From an uncultured Acidimicrobiales bacterium (GTDB lineage: Bacteria > Actinomycetota > Acidimicrobiia > Acidimicrobiales > Bin134), in contig OX638344.1 in assembly GCA_951813555.1 (NCBI GenBank), positions 2,975,076-3,039,075 of the forward strand: 64,000 nucleotides of DNA, in the 5' to 3' direction. Below the pieces are notes generated by a model. It ran no database searches. It saw nothing but the letters and a program-made list of their open reading frames with translations, and was not told the origin of the DNA. Made by a program: the position numbers and the translations under genes. Shown piece by piece: positions 11,391-21,458 of the stretch (positions within the stretch are counted from its first letter, which is position 1; each line of letters opens with the position of its first letter).

Positions 11391-12837
11391 GCGGTTCGAA
11401 GTTGACTAGGGCGTCGAGGAGCATCCTCACGCCGAAGCCGGTACCCCCCTTGGTGGTTTCGCCGTCCTCGGTGTCGGTGAAGGCGGGACCGGCGATGTCG
11501 AGGTGGGCCCAGGGGATGCCGTCGTCCACGAAGTTGGACAAGAACAGTCCGGCGGTCAGCGCCCCGCCGTGGGGGCCGCCGATGTTCTTCATATCGGCCA
11601 CCGACGAGTCGAGCTGGGCCTTGTAGTCGTCGGGCAGCGGAAGCCGCCAGACCCGCTCACCGGTGCGCTCGGCGGCGTCGGCCAACTGGTCGATCCAGTC
11701 CTCGTTATTGCCCATGAGCCCGGCCACCTTGGGTCCCAGCGCCACCATGCACGCCCCGGTGAGGGTGGCCAGATCGACAATGGCATCAGGCTCGGCCCGG
11801 CAGGCTAATGACAAAGCGTCGGCTAGAACGAGGCGCCCCTCAGCGTCGGTGTTGAGCACCTCAACCGTCTTGCCGTTGGCCATGGTGAGCACATCGCCAG
11901 GCCGGGTGGCGTCGCCCCCCAGCATGTTGTCGGTCATGGGTACGTAGCCCGTGACCATCACCGGCGGTGCCACCGTGGAAATGGCCGCCATCACCCCCAG
12001 CACGGCCGCTCCCCCGCTCATGTCGCACTTCATGGTCATCATCCCGGCCCCCGACTTGATCGACAGCCCGCCGGAATCGAACGTGAGACCCTTGCCCACC
12101 AGCGCCACCGACCCGCGGCATTCGGCCTCCGGGGCGGGCGCGTAGGACACCTCCACGAACCGGGGCGGCTGCTCCGACCCCCGGTTGACTCCCAGCAGAC
12201 CGCCCAGTTCGGCCTCGCGGATGGCATCCAATTCGAGCACGGTGATGTCCAAGCCCTCCCGCTCGGCCATCTCCACGGCCATCTCCGCGAACCGGGTGGG
12301 AGTGAGCGACCCGCCAGGCTCGTTCACCAAGTCGCGCACAAAGCACACCGCCTCGGCCACCCGCCAGCCCTGCTCCAGCGCCTCGGTTACCGCCCGGCCC
12401 CCTGGGCCGATCACATGCACGTTCTCCAGCTTGTTGGGATTGTGCTCCGACTTGAGATCGCCGTAGGTGTAGGCCCCCAACGTCATACCCTCGGCCAAAG
12501 CCGCCAGCGCGTCGGCGCTGTCGATGCTGTCGGGCACGGCGTCGAGTACCGACACCGCGATGCGCTTCATCCGCTTGGCCGACCGGGCCAGCGATGCCGC
12601 CGACCGCCGGATCACCGCGGCGGTGATCTTGTCGGCTGGGCCCAACCCGACCACGGCAATCGGCCGGTCTTGCCCCGACACGATCTCCACTTGTCCGGGC
12701 TTGGCTTCGAACCCCCGGCCGTCGAGCACCTCCCAGTCCAGCTCGCTGGGCCGCTGGGCACCATTGCCTGGACACACCCCCACCGCGTGCAGTGCAGCGC
12801 TGGCCGGGATTTTCCTGCCGGTTCGAAACGCGATCAC
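11368..12837 (-). CDS. pepA: Leucyl aminopeptidase (M17)
   Basis: M17 signature 'NTDAEGRLVLADAL', 'VGKGLTFDSGGLSIK' and 'DMSGGAAV'. Confidence 0.9.
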   Translation of the reverse strand: MIAFRTGRKIPASAALHAVGVCPGNGAQRPSELDWEVLDGRGFEAKPGQVEIVSGQDRPIAVVGLGPADKITAAVIRRSAASLARSAKRMKRIAVSVLDAVPDSIDSADALAALAEGMTLGAYTYGDLKSEHNPNKLENVHVIGPGGRAVTEALEQGWRVAEAVCFVRDLVNEPGGSLTPTRFAEMAVEMAEREGLDITVLELDAIREAELGGLLGVNRGSEQPPRFVEVSYAPAPEAECRGSVALVGKGLTFDSGGLSIKSGAGMMTMKCDMSGGAAVLGVMAAISTVAPPVMVTGYVPMTDNMLGGDATRPGDVLTMANGKTVEVLNTDAEGRLVLADALSLACRAEPDAIVDLATLTGACMVALGPKVAGLMGNNEDWIDQLADAAERTGERVWRLPLPDDYKAQLDSSVADMKNIGGPHGGALTAGLFLSNFVDDGIPWAHLDIAGPAFTDTEDGETTKGGTGFGVRMLLDALVNFEPPTDSADG

Positions 12838-12919
12838 CTGGTCTCCTCGGATTGATTCAAGCCCCTGCGATGTTATCTGGCACGGGTTTGCCGCCCGATG
12901 CTTAGTAGCCTCGCTTTAC

Positions 12920-15900
12920 ATGGGTTCCTATGAGGATGCGGCCAAAGAGCGCGTCCTCATCTACGACGGCGCATTCGGCACCTATGTCCAAGAACAGCCG
13001 CTGAGCGCCGACGACTTCGGCGGCCCCGACTTGGAAGGCTGCAACGAGCTCCTGTGCTTGACTCGGCCCGAGCTCATCGCCGAGATGCACGATCTCTACC
13101 TGGGCCTCGGGGTAGACGCGGTGGAAACCGCCACCTTCGGGGCGTTCGCCGTGCCGTTGGCCGAGTACGGCATCGCCGATCAGGCCTATGAGATCAACTT
13201 GGCCGCGGCCCGCATCGCCAAGGAGGCAGCCCAGGGACATGCCTCAGGTGGGCGACCTCGCTGGGTGGCCGGATCGGTGGGCCCGGGTACCAAGCTGGCC
13301 TCGCTGGGCCAGATCCGCTACGCCGAGCTGCGCGACGCCTTTGAGGTGCAGGCCCGGGGTCTGCTGGACGGCGGGGTCGATCTGTTCATCATCGAAACCC
13401 AGTACGACCTGCTCGGGGCCAAGGCGGCCATCAATGGATGCCGCCGGGCCATGGCCGCGGCGGGGCGGGAGGTGCCACTGCAAGTGCAGGTCACCATCGA
13501 GATGACCGGCCGGATGCTGCCCGGCACCGAAATAGGCGCCGCACTGGCTGCGTTGTCACCCCTGGGTCCGGCGGCGTTCGGGCTGAATTGCGCCACCGGC
13601 CCGGCTGAGATGGGCGAGCACCTGAGGGTGCTGTCGGAGCAGTGTCCCGTGCCGGTGGCCTGCATCCCCAACGCCGGGCTCCCCCAAGTGGTGGACGGCC
13701 GCATGCACTACGACGTCGGCCCCGATGAGTTCGCCGACTACCTGGCCCGGTACGTCACCGATCTGGGGGTAAGCGTGATAGGCGGCTGCTGCGGAACCAC
13801 CCCCGATCACCTGCGGGCGGTGATCGACCGCTGCGCTCAGCTCACCCCAGGACCCCGGCCCGGCGAGCTGCCCCCTTCGGCCACCTCCATCTACACCGCG
13901 GTGCCCTTCGCCCAAGACACGTCGTTTCTCATCGTGGGCGAGCGCACCAACGCCAACGGCTCCCGCAAGTTCCGCGACGCCATGTTGGAGGCCGACTGGG
14001 ACGGCTGCCTCCAGATCGCCCGCGACCAGGTGGGCGAGGGAGCCCACCTGCTGGACCTGTGCGTGGACTACGTGGGCCGCGACGGCGCCGCCGACATGGA
14101 CGAGCTGGCCCGACGGTTCGCCACCGGTGTGGCCGCCCCTCTCGTGCTGGATTCCACCGAGCCCGACGTGATGCAGGCCGGGCTGGAGTGGATCGGCGGC
14201 CGCGCGGTGCTCAATTCGGCCAACCTGGAAGACGGTGAGGCTGACGGGTCGCGCCTTGACAGAGTGTTGTCGCTGGCCCGGGAATACGGCGCTGCGGTGG
14301 TGTGCCTGCTCATCGACGAAGAGGGCCAGGCCCGCGACCTGGAGTGGAAGATGCGGGTGGCCCACCGCCTCTACCGGCTGGCGACAGAGCGCTACGGGCT
14401 GGCCCCGTCCGATCTGATCTTCGACGCCTTGACCTTCCCGCTGTCCACCGGCGACGACGACCTACGCAAAGACGGCCTGGCCACCATCGAGGCCATCCGG
14501 CGCATCAAGGCCGAGCTGCCCGGCGCCTACACCACCCTGGGGGTTTCTAATGTGTCGTTCGGGCTGAAGCCCGCGGCCCGCCACGTGCTCAACTCCATGT
14601 TCTTGCATGAGTGCCTGGAGGCCGGATTGGACTCGGCCATTGTCCACGCCGGACGGATCATCCCGCTGAATCGAGTGGATCCCCATCATCGCGACGTGAG
14701 CTTGGACTTGATCTACGACCGGCGGGGCTCGGACGGAATTGCCTCGGAGGATCGAGACAACTACGACCCACTGACCGAGCTCCTGGCCGCGTTCGAGAAC
14801 GTGACCGCCACCGCTGCCGTCAAGGAGGATCGATCCGGGTGGCCGGTGGAGCAGCGACTGGAGCGGCGCATCATCGATGGCGAACGGGATGGGTTGGAAG
14901 GCGATCTGGACGAGGCCCTGGCTGCCACCCCGGCGCTGGAAATCGTCAACAACACGCTGCTGGCCGGGATGAAGGTGGTGGGCGAGCTGTTCGCCTCCGG
15001 TGAGATGCAGCTGCCGTTCGTGCTCCAATCGGCCGAGACCATGAAGACCGCGGTGTCGTATCTGGAACCGCACATGGAAAAGGCCGACGACACCGGCGGC
15101 AAAGGTCGGATCGTGCTGGCCACTGTGAAGGGCGATGTACACGACATCGGCAAAAACCTGGTGGACATCATCTTGACCAACAACGGCTATGAGGTTCACA
15201 ACCTGGGCATCAAGGTGTCCATCAGCGAAATGATCGACCGTGTCCAGGCGGTGGACGCCCACGCCATCGGCATGAGCGGGCTGCTGGTGAAGAGCACTTT
15301 GATCATGCGGGACAACCTGGAGGAGCTGAACACCAGAGACCTCCACCACCTCCCGGTACTGCTAGGCGGCGCGGCCCTGACCCGCACCTATGTGGAACGG
15401 GACATGCGGGAGACCTACCGGGGCCGAGTGTTCTACGGCAAGGACGCCTTCGAGGGCCTGGCGGTTATGGACCGGCTAGGCGAACTGCGCCGCACCGGCG
15501 TTGACGACCCCGAATTCGGTCGCCGCCCCGGAGGCCGCGACCTGCCCCGCCGTCCTCGCCGCGACGCGGCCGGAGCCGTGGGCGACGGCCTGCCCGAACG
15601 AGCGCCCTCAGTGGAATCCGACAACCCCGTGTTCAAACCTCCGTTTGTGGGCTCCCGGGTGGTCAAGGGCATCCCGGTGGCCGACATCGCTGAATACGTG
15701 AACGAGACCGCCCTGTTCCGCAACCAATGGCAGTTCCGCCCCATAGGCGGCGAGGACGACTCGGCTTTCAAAGAGCGCATTCGTCCCACCATGCGCGAGC
15801 AGCTCACCTCGGCCACCGCCCAGGGCCTGCTGGTGCCCCAAGTGGTGTACGGCTACTTCCCGGTCAACGGGAGCGGCGATGACTTGGTGGTGTGGGACAG

Positions 15901-16423
15901 CACGGACCAAAAAGCCGAAGTGTGCCGTTTCCGGTATCCCCGCCAGCCCAAGGAACCGTTCCTGTGCATCGCCGACTTCTTCCGCCCCGCCGACGGCGAT
16001 GAGGTGGACTACGCCGCCTTCCACATCGTGACCATGGGCGCCGAGGTATCCAAGGCCGCCGCCAAGCTGTTCGCCGACAACCGCTACCAGGACTATCTGC
16101 TGCTGCACGGCCTCGGTGTGGAGATGGCCGAGGCCCTGGCCGAGTATTGGCACCACCGCATCCGCACCGAGTGGGGCTTCGTCGACGAGGACGGCCCCAC
16201 ATTGACTGGACTATTCCGTCAGCAGTACCGAGGCGGCCGCTACTCCTGGGGCTACCCCGCCTGCCCCGACCTAGAGGACAATCTCACCGTGGCCCAACTC
16301 CTCGAAGCCCACCGCATCGGCATCCAAGTGGGCGAAGAGACCAGCTACCAGTACCAACCGGAGCAGACGACTTCGGCGCTCATCTGCCACCACCCCCAAG
16401 CCAAGTACTTCGTGGCGCGCTAA
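12920..16423 (+). CDS. metH: Cobalamin-dependent methionine synthase
   Basis: ATG at 12920 ('MGSYEDAAKERVLIYDGAFGT'). Hcy-binding 'GGCCGTTP', a pterin-binding module, the B12-binding 'GDVHDIGKNLV' (DxHxxG) and a C-terminal activation domain. About 1167 aa. Confidence 0.95.
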   Translation: MGSYEDAAKERVLIYDGAFGTYVQEQPLSADDFGGPDLEGCNELLCLTRPELIAEMHDLYLGLGVDAVETATFGAFAVPLAEYGIADQAYEINLAAARIAKEAAQGHASGGRPRWVAGSVGPGTKLASLGQIRYAELRDAFEVQARGLLDGGVDLFIIETQYDLLGAKAAINGCRRAMAAAGREVPLQVQVTIEMTGRMLPGTEIGAALAALSPLGPAAFGLNCATGPAEMGEHLRVLSEQCPVPVACIPNAGLPQVVDGRMHYDVGPDEFADYLARYVTDLGVSVIGGCCGTTPDHLRAVIDRCAQLTPGPRPGELPPSATSIYTAVPFAQDTSFLIVGERTNANGSRKFRDAMLEADWDGCLQIARDQVGEGAHLLDLCVDYVGRDGAADMDELARRFATGVAAPLVLDSTEPDVMQAGLEWIGGRAVLNSANLEDGEADGSRLDRVLSLAREYGAAVVCLLIDEEGQARDLEWKMRVAHRLYRLATERYGLAPSDLIFDALTFPLSTGDDDLRKDGLATIEAIRRIKAELPGAYTTLGVSNVSFGLKPAARHVLNSMFLHECLEAGLDSAIVHAGRIIPLNRVDPHHRDVSLDLIYDRRGSDGIASEDRDNYDPLTELLAAFENVTATAAVKEDRSGWPVEQRLERRIIDGERDGLEGDLDEALAATPALEIVNNTLLAGMKVVGELFASGEMQLPFVLQSAETMKTAVSYLEPHMEKADDTGGKGRIVLATVKGDVHDIGKNLVDIILTNNGYEVHNLGIKVSISEMIDRVQAVDAHAIGMSGLLVKSTLIMRDNLEELNTRDLHHLPVLLGGAALTRTYVERDMRETYRGRVFYGKDAFEGLAVMDRLGELRRTGVDDPEFGRRPGGRDLPRRPRRDAAGAVGDGLPERAPSVESDNPVFKPPFVGSRVVKGIPVADIAEYVNETALFRNQWQFRPIGGEDDSAFKERIRPTMREQLTSATAQGLLVPQVVYGYFPVNGSGDDLVVWDSTDQKAEVCRFRYPRQPKEPFLCIADFFRPADGDEVDYAAFHIVTMGAEVSKAAAKLFADNRYQDYLLLHGLGVEMAEALAEYWHHRIRTEWGFVDEDGPTLTGLFRQQYRGGRYSWGYPACPDLEDNLTVAQLLEAHRIGIQVGEETSYQYQPEQTTSALICHHPQAKYFVAR

Positions 16424-17277
16424 GTGGTGTCCAGTAAGACGCGGGCTACCAAGTCCATCCCAAATCCAGTCAGAATCCCCAGATATAAGAGCCCCGTGGC
16501 CGCCATCACCGCCGAGTAGAAGCGCTCGCGCAACGCGGCCCGAGCTAGCACGACCAAACCTGCCGTCGTCACCACGCATGCCACCCAGAACCAGCCCAGC
16601 AACCCGTTGTATCCGTCGTCGATACTTCCGTTGAGTACCGAGCCCATGCCGGTGGGCCACAGCATGACCACCAATTCGGGCAACCAGAGCAATCCGGTCC
16701 AGCGCACCAGTTCCAGCAATGGCCCCCGAGCCAAACCGGGCTGAACCAGGTACCAGTGGCCCAGCAGCATGGCATCGGTGACTGCCCCCAAGAAGAATGC
16801 CCCGATCACGGTGCGGGCCACGGCCAAAGCCGCCGGGTCGCCCGCGTCGAACCCGCCGGCCACCACCCCGATCAGGCCCACCGCGGGGGCAATCAGATCC
16901 AACACCGGTGGGAATTCCGGCAGGGCGCGATCGAACCGCTGCTCTGCCCGGTCGATCCCAGTCATCTCGGCGATCTCCGCGCTGCGCCGCTCTACCCGTT
17001 CCCGCTGACCGGTCACCCCGGCCCGGCGCCGGATGACCGACACCGCCAGAGCTAGGCCCGCAGCCGCGGCCGTGGCTGCCGCGGTCCAGTCCCGCAGCGC
17101 TAGCGGTTCGGTGGCGAACCCCAGCCAGGCCCCACCTGCGGCTACGAGGCCAAATATGCTTCGCATCAACCAGCCGTAGCCCAGCCCGGCCTCCCGCCGG
17201 CGGGTGGTGAGCCAGGTAAACGCCAGCCCCCCGACAGCCAATTGCAATAGGAGCGTGGCTGGCTGAAGGTCGATCAC
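16420..17277 (-). CDS. Multi-pass membrane protein of unknown function
   Basis: Hydrophobic segments run throughout. GTG 17277 overlaps the upstream stop as GTGA. The longer ORF would overlap the peptidase gene by about 100 nt. Confidence 0.5.
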   Translation of the reverse strand: MIDLQPATLLLQLAVGGLAFTWLTTRRREAGLGYGWLMRSIFGLVAAGGAWLGFATEPLALRDWTAAATAAAAGLALAVSVIRRRAGVTGQRERVERRSAEIAEMTGIDRAEQRFDRALPEFPPVLDLIAPAVGLIGVVAGGFDAGDPAALAVARTVIGAFFLGAVTDAMLLGHWYLVQPGLARGPLLELVRWTGLLWLPELVVMLWPTGMGSVLNGSIDDGYNGLLGWFWVACVVTTAGLVVLARAALRERFYSAVMAATGLLYLGILTGFGMDLVARVLLDTT

Positions 17278-18386
17278 GCGTCGATCACGGCCAGGCGGTG
17301 ATCGGTGGTGGTGAGGTTGTCGGGGCCATCGGAAGCAGCCACCACGATGTCCTCCAAGCGCAGCCCCCACCTGCCGGGCAGGTAGATGCCGGGCTCGATG
17401 GAGAAGGCGTGGCCGGGGCGCAACTCCAGACTGTTGCCTTCCACAATGTAGGGGTCCTCGTGGGCTTCGGTGCCGATGCCGTGGCCGGTACGGTGGATGA
17501 AGTTGTCGCCGAATCCGGCTTCGGCGATGATGGCCCGCCCCACCCGGTCGACCTCCTGGCAGGGCTGGCCGACTACGGCGGCGACCACCTGGGCGGCTTG
17601 GGCTTCGAAGAGTACGTCATAGGCCTCGACCAGGTCAGCAGGGGGCTCGCCCAGGTGGACGCATCGTGTGATGTCCGAGCAGTAGCCGACCCCGTCGGCA
17701 TCCATCTTCGTCCCTCCGAAATCGCACAGTACGATCTCGCCCGGTTTGATCAACCGCTCCCCCGGCTCGTGGTGGGGGCTGGCCGCGTTCTCCCCCGCGG
17801 CCACGATGGCGAAGTTCACCCGCTGATGGCCCTCAGCCAACAACCGACGGCCCAGTTCGGCCGACACCTCGGCCTCGGTCCGCCCTGCTAACTCGATATC
17901 GCCTGATCGAAGTTCGACAGCCACCCGGTCGGCGGCGGCCGCCGCGGCCCGCAACGACTCCACCTCAGCAGCGTCCTTCACTGAGCGCAGCGGACTGGTC
18001 ACCTCCGACGCCCGGCGGAACTCGACCGATGGCAACACCCTGGTCAGATCGACGAGGAACCCGGCCCAGGTGTGGTCACCGATGGCCGCGGTCGACGCCG
18101 GTCCGATCAGGGAGCGGACCAGGTCGATGGGGTCTTCGGTCTCGTCCCAGGGGACCGTCTGGAAGACGCCGGGGCGTTCCACCACCCGAGGGGCCTCCAG
18201 CCGGGGGACGATGAGGTGGGCATCGTCGTCGCGGGGCACCACCAGCATTGTCAACCGCTCCAGGGGCATGGCCTCGTAACCGCAGAAATACGGCAGGTCG
18301 GCACCAACGGAGAGCAACAGCACGTCTACCCGCTGTTCGGCCATTAGACGCCGTACTCGATCGATCCGCTGCTGGAACATCGGCAA
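17274..18386 (-). CDS. M24 family Xaa-Pro dipeptidase/aminopeptidase
   Basis: 'HRTGHGIGTEAHEDPYIV', 'CDFGG' and 'GYCSDITR' are metal-ligand motifs of the creatinase/prolidase fold. Confidence 0.85.
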   Translation of the reverse strand: MPMFQQRIDRVRRLMAEQRVDVLLLSVGADLPYFCGYEAMPLERLTMLVVPRDDDAHLIVPRLEAPRVVERPGVFQTVPWDETEDPIDLVRSLIGPASTAAIGDHTWAGFLVDLTRVLPSVEFRRASEVTSPLRSVKDAAEVESLRAAAAAADRVAVELRSGDIELAGRTEAEVSAELGRRLLAEGHQRVNFAIVAAGENAASPHHEPGERLIKPGEIVLCDFGGTKMDADGVGYCSDITRCVHLGEPPADLVEAYDVLFEAQAAQVVAAVVGQPCQEVDRVGRAIIAEAGFGDNFIHRTGHGIGTEAHEDPYIVEGNSLELRPGHAFSIEPGIYLPGRWGLRLEDIVVAASDGPDNLTTTDHRLAVIDA

Positions 18387-18390
18387 TAAA

Positions 18391-20064
18391 CTACCCCCCG
18401 GCGCTCACTCCTACTCCGACTGAAGACGACACCGCCTGGTCGTGGGCGTGTTGGGCGTGGTGGGAGCTGCGGGTTAGCGGGCTGGCCTCCACGTGGGCGA
18501 TGCCCAGAGAGCGGCCGAGTTCCCGGTAGTGCTCGAACTGGTCGGGCGGCACCCATCGGGCCACCGGCAGATGATTGGTGGTGGGCCGCAAATACTGCCC
18601 TACGGTCGCGATGTCGGTGCCCACCGCGGCGAGATCGGCCATGGTTTGGGCTACCTCGTCGTCGGTCTCCCCCATGCCAACGATGATCGACGACTTGGTG
18701 GTCAGCCCGGCGGCCTTGGCCCGGGCCAACACGGCCAAGCTGCGGGCATAGCCGGCGGATGGGCGCACCACCCGCTGGAGTCGGGCCACCGTCTCGATGT
18801 TGTGGTTCAACACGTCGGGCTGGGAGTCGAAGACCACCCGCAAAGCGTCGGGATCGCCCTTGCAGTCGGGAATCAGTACTTCCACACGTACCCCGGGAGT
18901 GCGGCGGCGGATGGCGGCAATGACCGCCGCGAACCCTGCGGCGCCCCCGTCGGGCAGATCGTCGCGGGCCACTGCGGTGATCACCGCATATTCCAACCCC
19001 ATTGCCTCCACTGCGTCGGCCACTCGCTCCGGCTCGGCCGGATCCAGGGGCTCGGGTTTGCGGGTGTCCACCAGGCAGAACCCGCAGGCCCGGGTGCAGC
19101 GCTGGCCGTTGATCATGAACGTGGCCGTGCCCTCGTTCCAGCACTCGTAGATGTTGGGGCAGCCGGCTTCCTCGCACACCGTCACCAAATCCCGGCTGTG
19201 CAATACCGACCGCAGCCGCCGGAACTCGGGGCCGGTGCGCAAGGACACCCGCATCCAATCCGGTTTGCGCCCATTGATGGCTAGCCCATCGGTCAGCCCA
19301 GCCTCGTCCATCCGCGATTGCAGTCGGACGGGCCGACCGGGCACATCGCCCGGTCCCATGCCTCGGCTGAAAGGGCTCAGATCCTCAGGCCGCTGGCGCC
19401 AGGCCACGTCGGCCCGATCCACTCCCCCGCCGCCCCAGCGTTCGACGGCCCGGGCGGCCACCGCGTCCACCACATCTTTCATGGCCGCCCACCGTCCCTC
19501 GGCCGCCAGCGAGGTCACCGCTTTGTCAGGAATACCGCAAGGCACGATTCGGCTGAACCAGTCCAAGTCGCAGTCCACGTTGAGCGCGAAGCCGTGCATG
19601 GAGCGGGTGCGGCTGAGGCGCACGCCAATGGCCGCGATCTTGCGGGGGTTCTGGCCGTCGGGCGACACCCAAACACCGGGATAGTCGGGCAGGCGACCGC
19701 AGTCGGGCAGCCCCAGGTCGCCCAGCGCATCGATCACCAACTGTTCCACCGAGTGCACGTAGGCCACCGTGTCGGCCATGCCTCCGCCCCGCTTGCCGGG
19801 CACAGTCATCACCGGATAGCCGACAAGCTGGCCGGGGCCGTGGTAGGTGACATCGCCGCCCCGGTCGGTGTGCACCACCTCCGCGCCCACTTCGGCCGGA
19901 TCCACCAGGATGTTGGCCTCGTCGCCCCGCAGCCCCAGAGTGAACACGTGGGGATGCTCCAGCAGCAGCAGGTAGTCGCCGCCTCGCTCGAACATGGCCT
20001 GCTGGCAGGCGTGGGCATCCCGATAGGACACCCGCCCCAGCCATCGAATGCGGAGCGGGCTCAT
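18391..20064 (-). CDS. Octanoyltransferase LipB fused in frame to lipoyl synthase LipA (one ORF)
   Basis: The N-terminal half has 'HPHVFTLG', 'TDRGGDVTYHGPGQLVGYP' and 'KIAAIGVR...HGFALNV' (LipB). The C-terminal half has 'CEEAGCPNIYECW' and 'CTRACGFC' (radical-SAM CxxxCxxC) of LipA. No stop codon separates them in this sequence. Start taken at ATG 20064 ('MSPLRIRWLG'). Confidence 0.8.
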   Translation of the reverse strand: MSPLRIRWLGRVSYRDAHACQQAMFERGGDYLLLLEHPHVFTLGLRGDEANILVDPAEVGAEVVHTDRGGDVTYHGPGQLVGYPVMTVPGKRGGGMADTVAYVHSVEQLVIDALGDLGLPDCGRLPDYPGVWVSPDGQNPRKIAAIGVRLSRTRSMHGFALNVDCDLDWFSRIVPCGIPDKAVTSLAAEGRWAAMKDVVDAVAARAVERWGGGGVDRADVAWRQRPEDLSPFSRGMGPGDVPGRPVRLQSRMDEAGLTDGLAINGRKPDWMRVSLRTGPEFRRLRSVLHSRDLVTVCEEAGCPNIYECWNEGTATFMINGQRCTRACGFCLVDTRKPEPLDPAEPERVADAVEAMGLEYAVITAVARDDLPDGGAAGFAAVIAAIRRRTPGVRVEVLIPDCKGDPDALRVVFDSQPDVLNHNIETVARLQRVVRPSAGYARSLAVLARAKAAGLTTKSSIIVGMGETDDEVAQTMADLAAVGTDIATVGQYLRPTTNHLPVARWVPPDQFEHYRELGRSLGIAHVEASPLTRSSHHAQHAHDQAVSSSVGVGVSAGG

Positions 20065-20071
20065 TGAAGGC

Positions 20072-21382
20072 TCATGGCATCTCGACGTGCCAGTCTCGGG
20101 TTTCGATGATCGACCGCACATGGTCCAAGAATGCAGCCACGTAGGCCCCGTCGAACGCCCGATGGTCCCAGGCCAGGGCCAGCACGCCCACCGAGTGGAT
20201 GGCGATGGCCTCGCTGCCGTCGGCCGCGGTGACCACCACCGGTCGGCGGCGTATCCCGTCGGTGGACAAGATGGCCACCTGGGGCTGGTTGATGATGGGG
20301 AACTGCATCATTGTGCCCCACTGGCCGGGGTTGGTGATGGTGAACGTGCCCCCGGAGATATCGTCGGCGTTCAATTTCTTGGTCCGGGCCCGCCTCGACA
20401 GGTCGGCCACCTCTTCGGCGATCGCCGTCAGACGTTTGCGGTCGGCGTCGACAACCACCGGGGCCAATAGGCCCTGAAAGTCCAGGTCGACAGCGATGGC
20501 CAGATTGACGTAGTTGTGTACCACCAGCTCTTCGTCGCCTACTGAGGCGTTGATGTGGGGATACTCGTGGATGGCGTCGCACACCGCCCGGGCAATGAAT
20601 GGCAGGTAGGTGAGGCTGAAGCCGTGCTCGGCTTTGAACTCCTCCCGGTGAGCTCGGCGCACCTGCTCCACCCCTTCGAAGTCCACCTCCACCGCGGTCA
20701 GTACATGGGGCGACACGGCTTTGGAGCGCACCATGTGCTCACCGGTGATGCGGCGGATGTTGGTGAGCGGAACGATGGTGTCCCGTCCTGAGGCTCGAGA
20801 CGGGGTGGGCGGCGGCGCGGCCGGCATGGGCCGGGAACCGGCGGCGCGATTCTGGGCGATGTACCCCTCCACGTCGGAACGGGTGATGCGACCGCCCTTG
20901 CCGGTACCGGAAACTTGCGAGGGGTCGAGCCCGTTCTCGGCGATGAGCCTCCGCACCACCGGCGACAACACAATGCTGCTGCCGACCGAGGCCGGGGCTT
21001 CGTCCGCAGAGGCCGGGGCGCTCACCTGTGGCTCGGGCGCGAGGGCAGGCCCGGGTGCAGGCGGCGGCGCAGGGGCAGGCTCGGGCGCAGGCGGCGGTGC
21101 CTCAACCGGAGCAGGCGCGGGGGCAGGCGCTGACACTACGCCAGTCCCGTCCTCGCTCAACACGGCGATCACCGCGCCCACCTCTACAATGTCGCCCTCG
21201 GCGGCCACAATCTCCACCAGCACCCCCGACATGGGCGACGGCACCTCGGAATCCACCTTGTCGGTGGACACCTCGAAGAGCGGCTCGTCTTCGGCCACCT
21301 CTTCGCCCACCTGCTTGAACCACTGGACGATGGTCCCCTCCATCACCGTCTCGCCCAACTGGGGCATCCTGACCTCAGACAT
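20072..21382 (-). CDS. dlaT: Dihydrolipoamide acyltransferase, E2 component of a 2-oxoacid dehydrogenase complex
   Basis: Lipoyl domain 'VSTDKVDSEVPSP', an Ala/Pro linker, an E3-binding domain 'SPVVRRLIAENGLD' and the catalytic 'DHRAFDG'. GGGAGG lies 4 nt upstream of ATG 21382. Confidence 0.9.
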   Translation of the reverse strand: MSEVRMPQLGETVMEGTIVQWFKQVGEEVAEDEPLFEVSTDKVDSEVPSPMSGVLVEIVAAEGDIVEVGAVIAVLSEDGTGVVSAPAPAPAPVEAPPPAPEPAPAPPPAPGPALAPEPQVSAPASADEAPASVGSSIVLSPVVRRLIAENGLDPSQVSGTGKGGRITRSDVEGYIAQNRAAGSRPMPAAPPPTPSRASGRDTIVPLTNIRRITGEHMVRSKAVSPHVLTAVEVDFEGVEQVRRAHREEFKAEHGFSLTYLPFIARAVCDAIHEYPHINASVGDEELVVHNYVNLAIAVDLDFQGLLAPVVVDADRKRLTAIAEEVADLSRRARTKKLNADDISGGTFTITNPGQWGTMMQFPIINQPQVAILSTDGIRRRPVVVTAADGSEAIAIHSVGVLALAWDHRAFDGAYVAAFLDHVRSIIETRDWHVEMP

Positions 21383-21458
21383 CGAGCCTCCCAAGCTCTC
21401 TCCGCCCCTCCGTCTCAGACATCAACGCTCCTCATTTGACTCTTTGAATTCTCTCCGC

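Noticed and set aside
12838-12919. Possible riboswitch or leader (cobalamin or SAM) upstream of metH.
   Set aside because: Only 82 nt are available. I see no B12-box or SAM-I-like conserved helices, and metH is not a typical cobalamin-riboswitch target.
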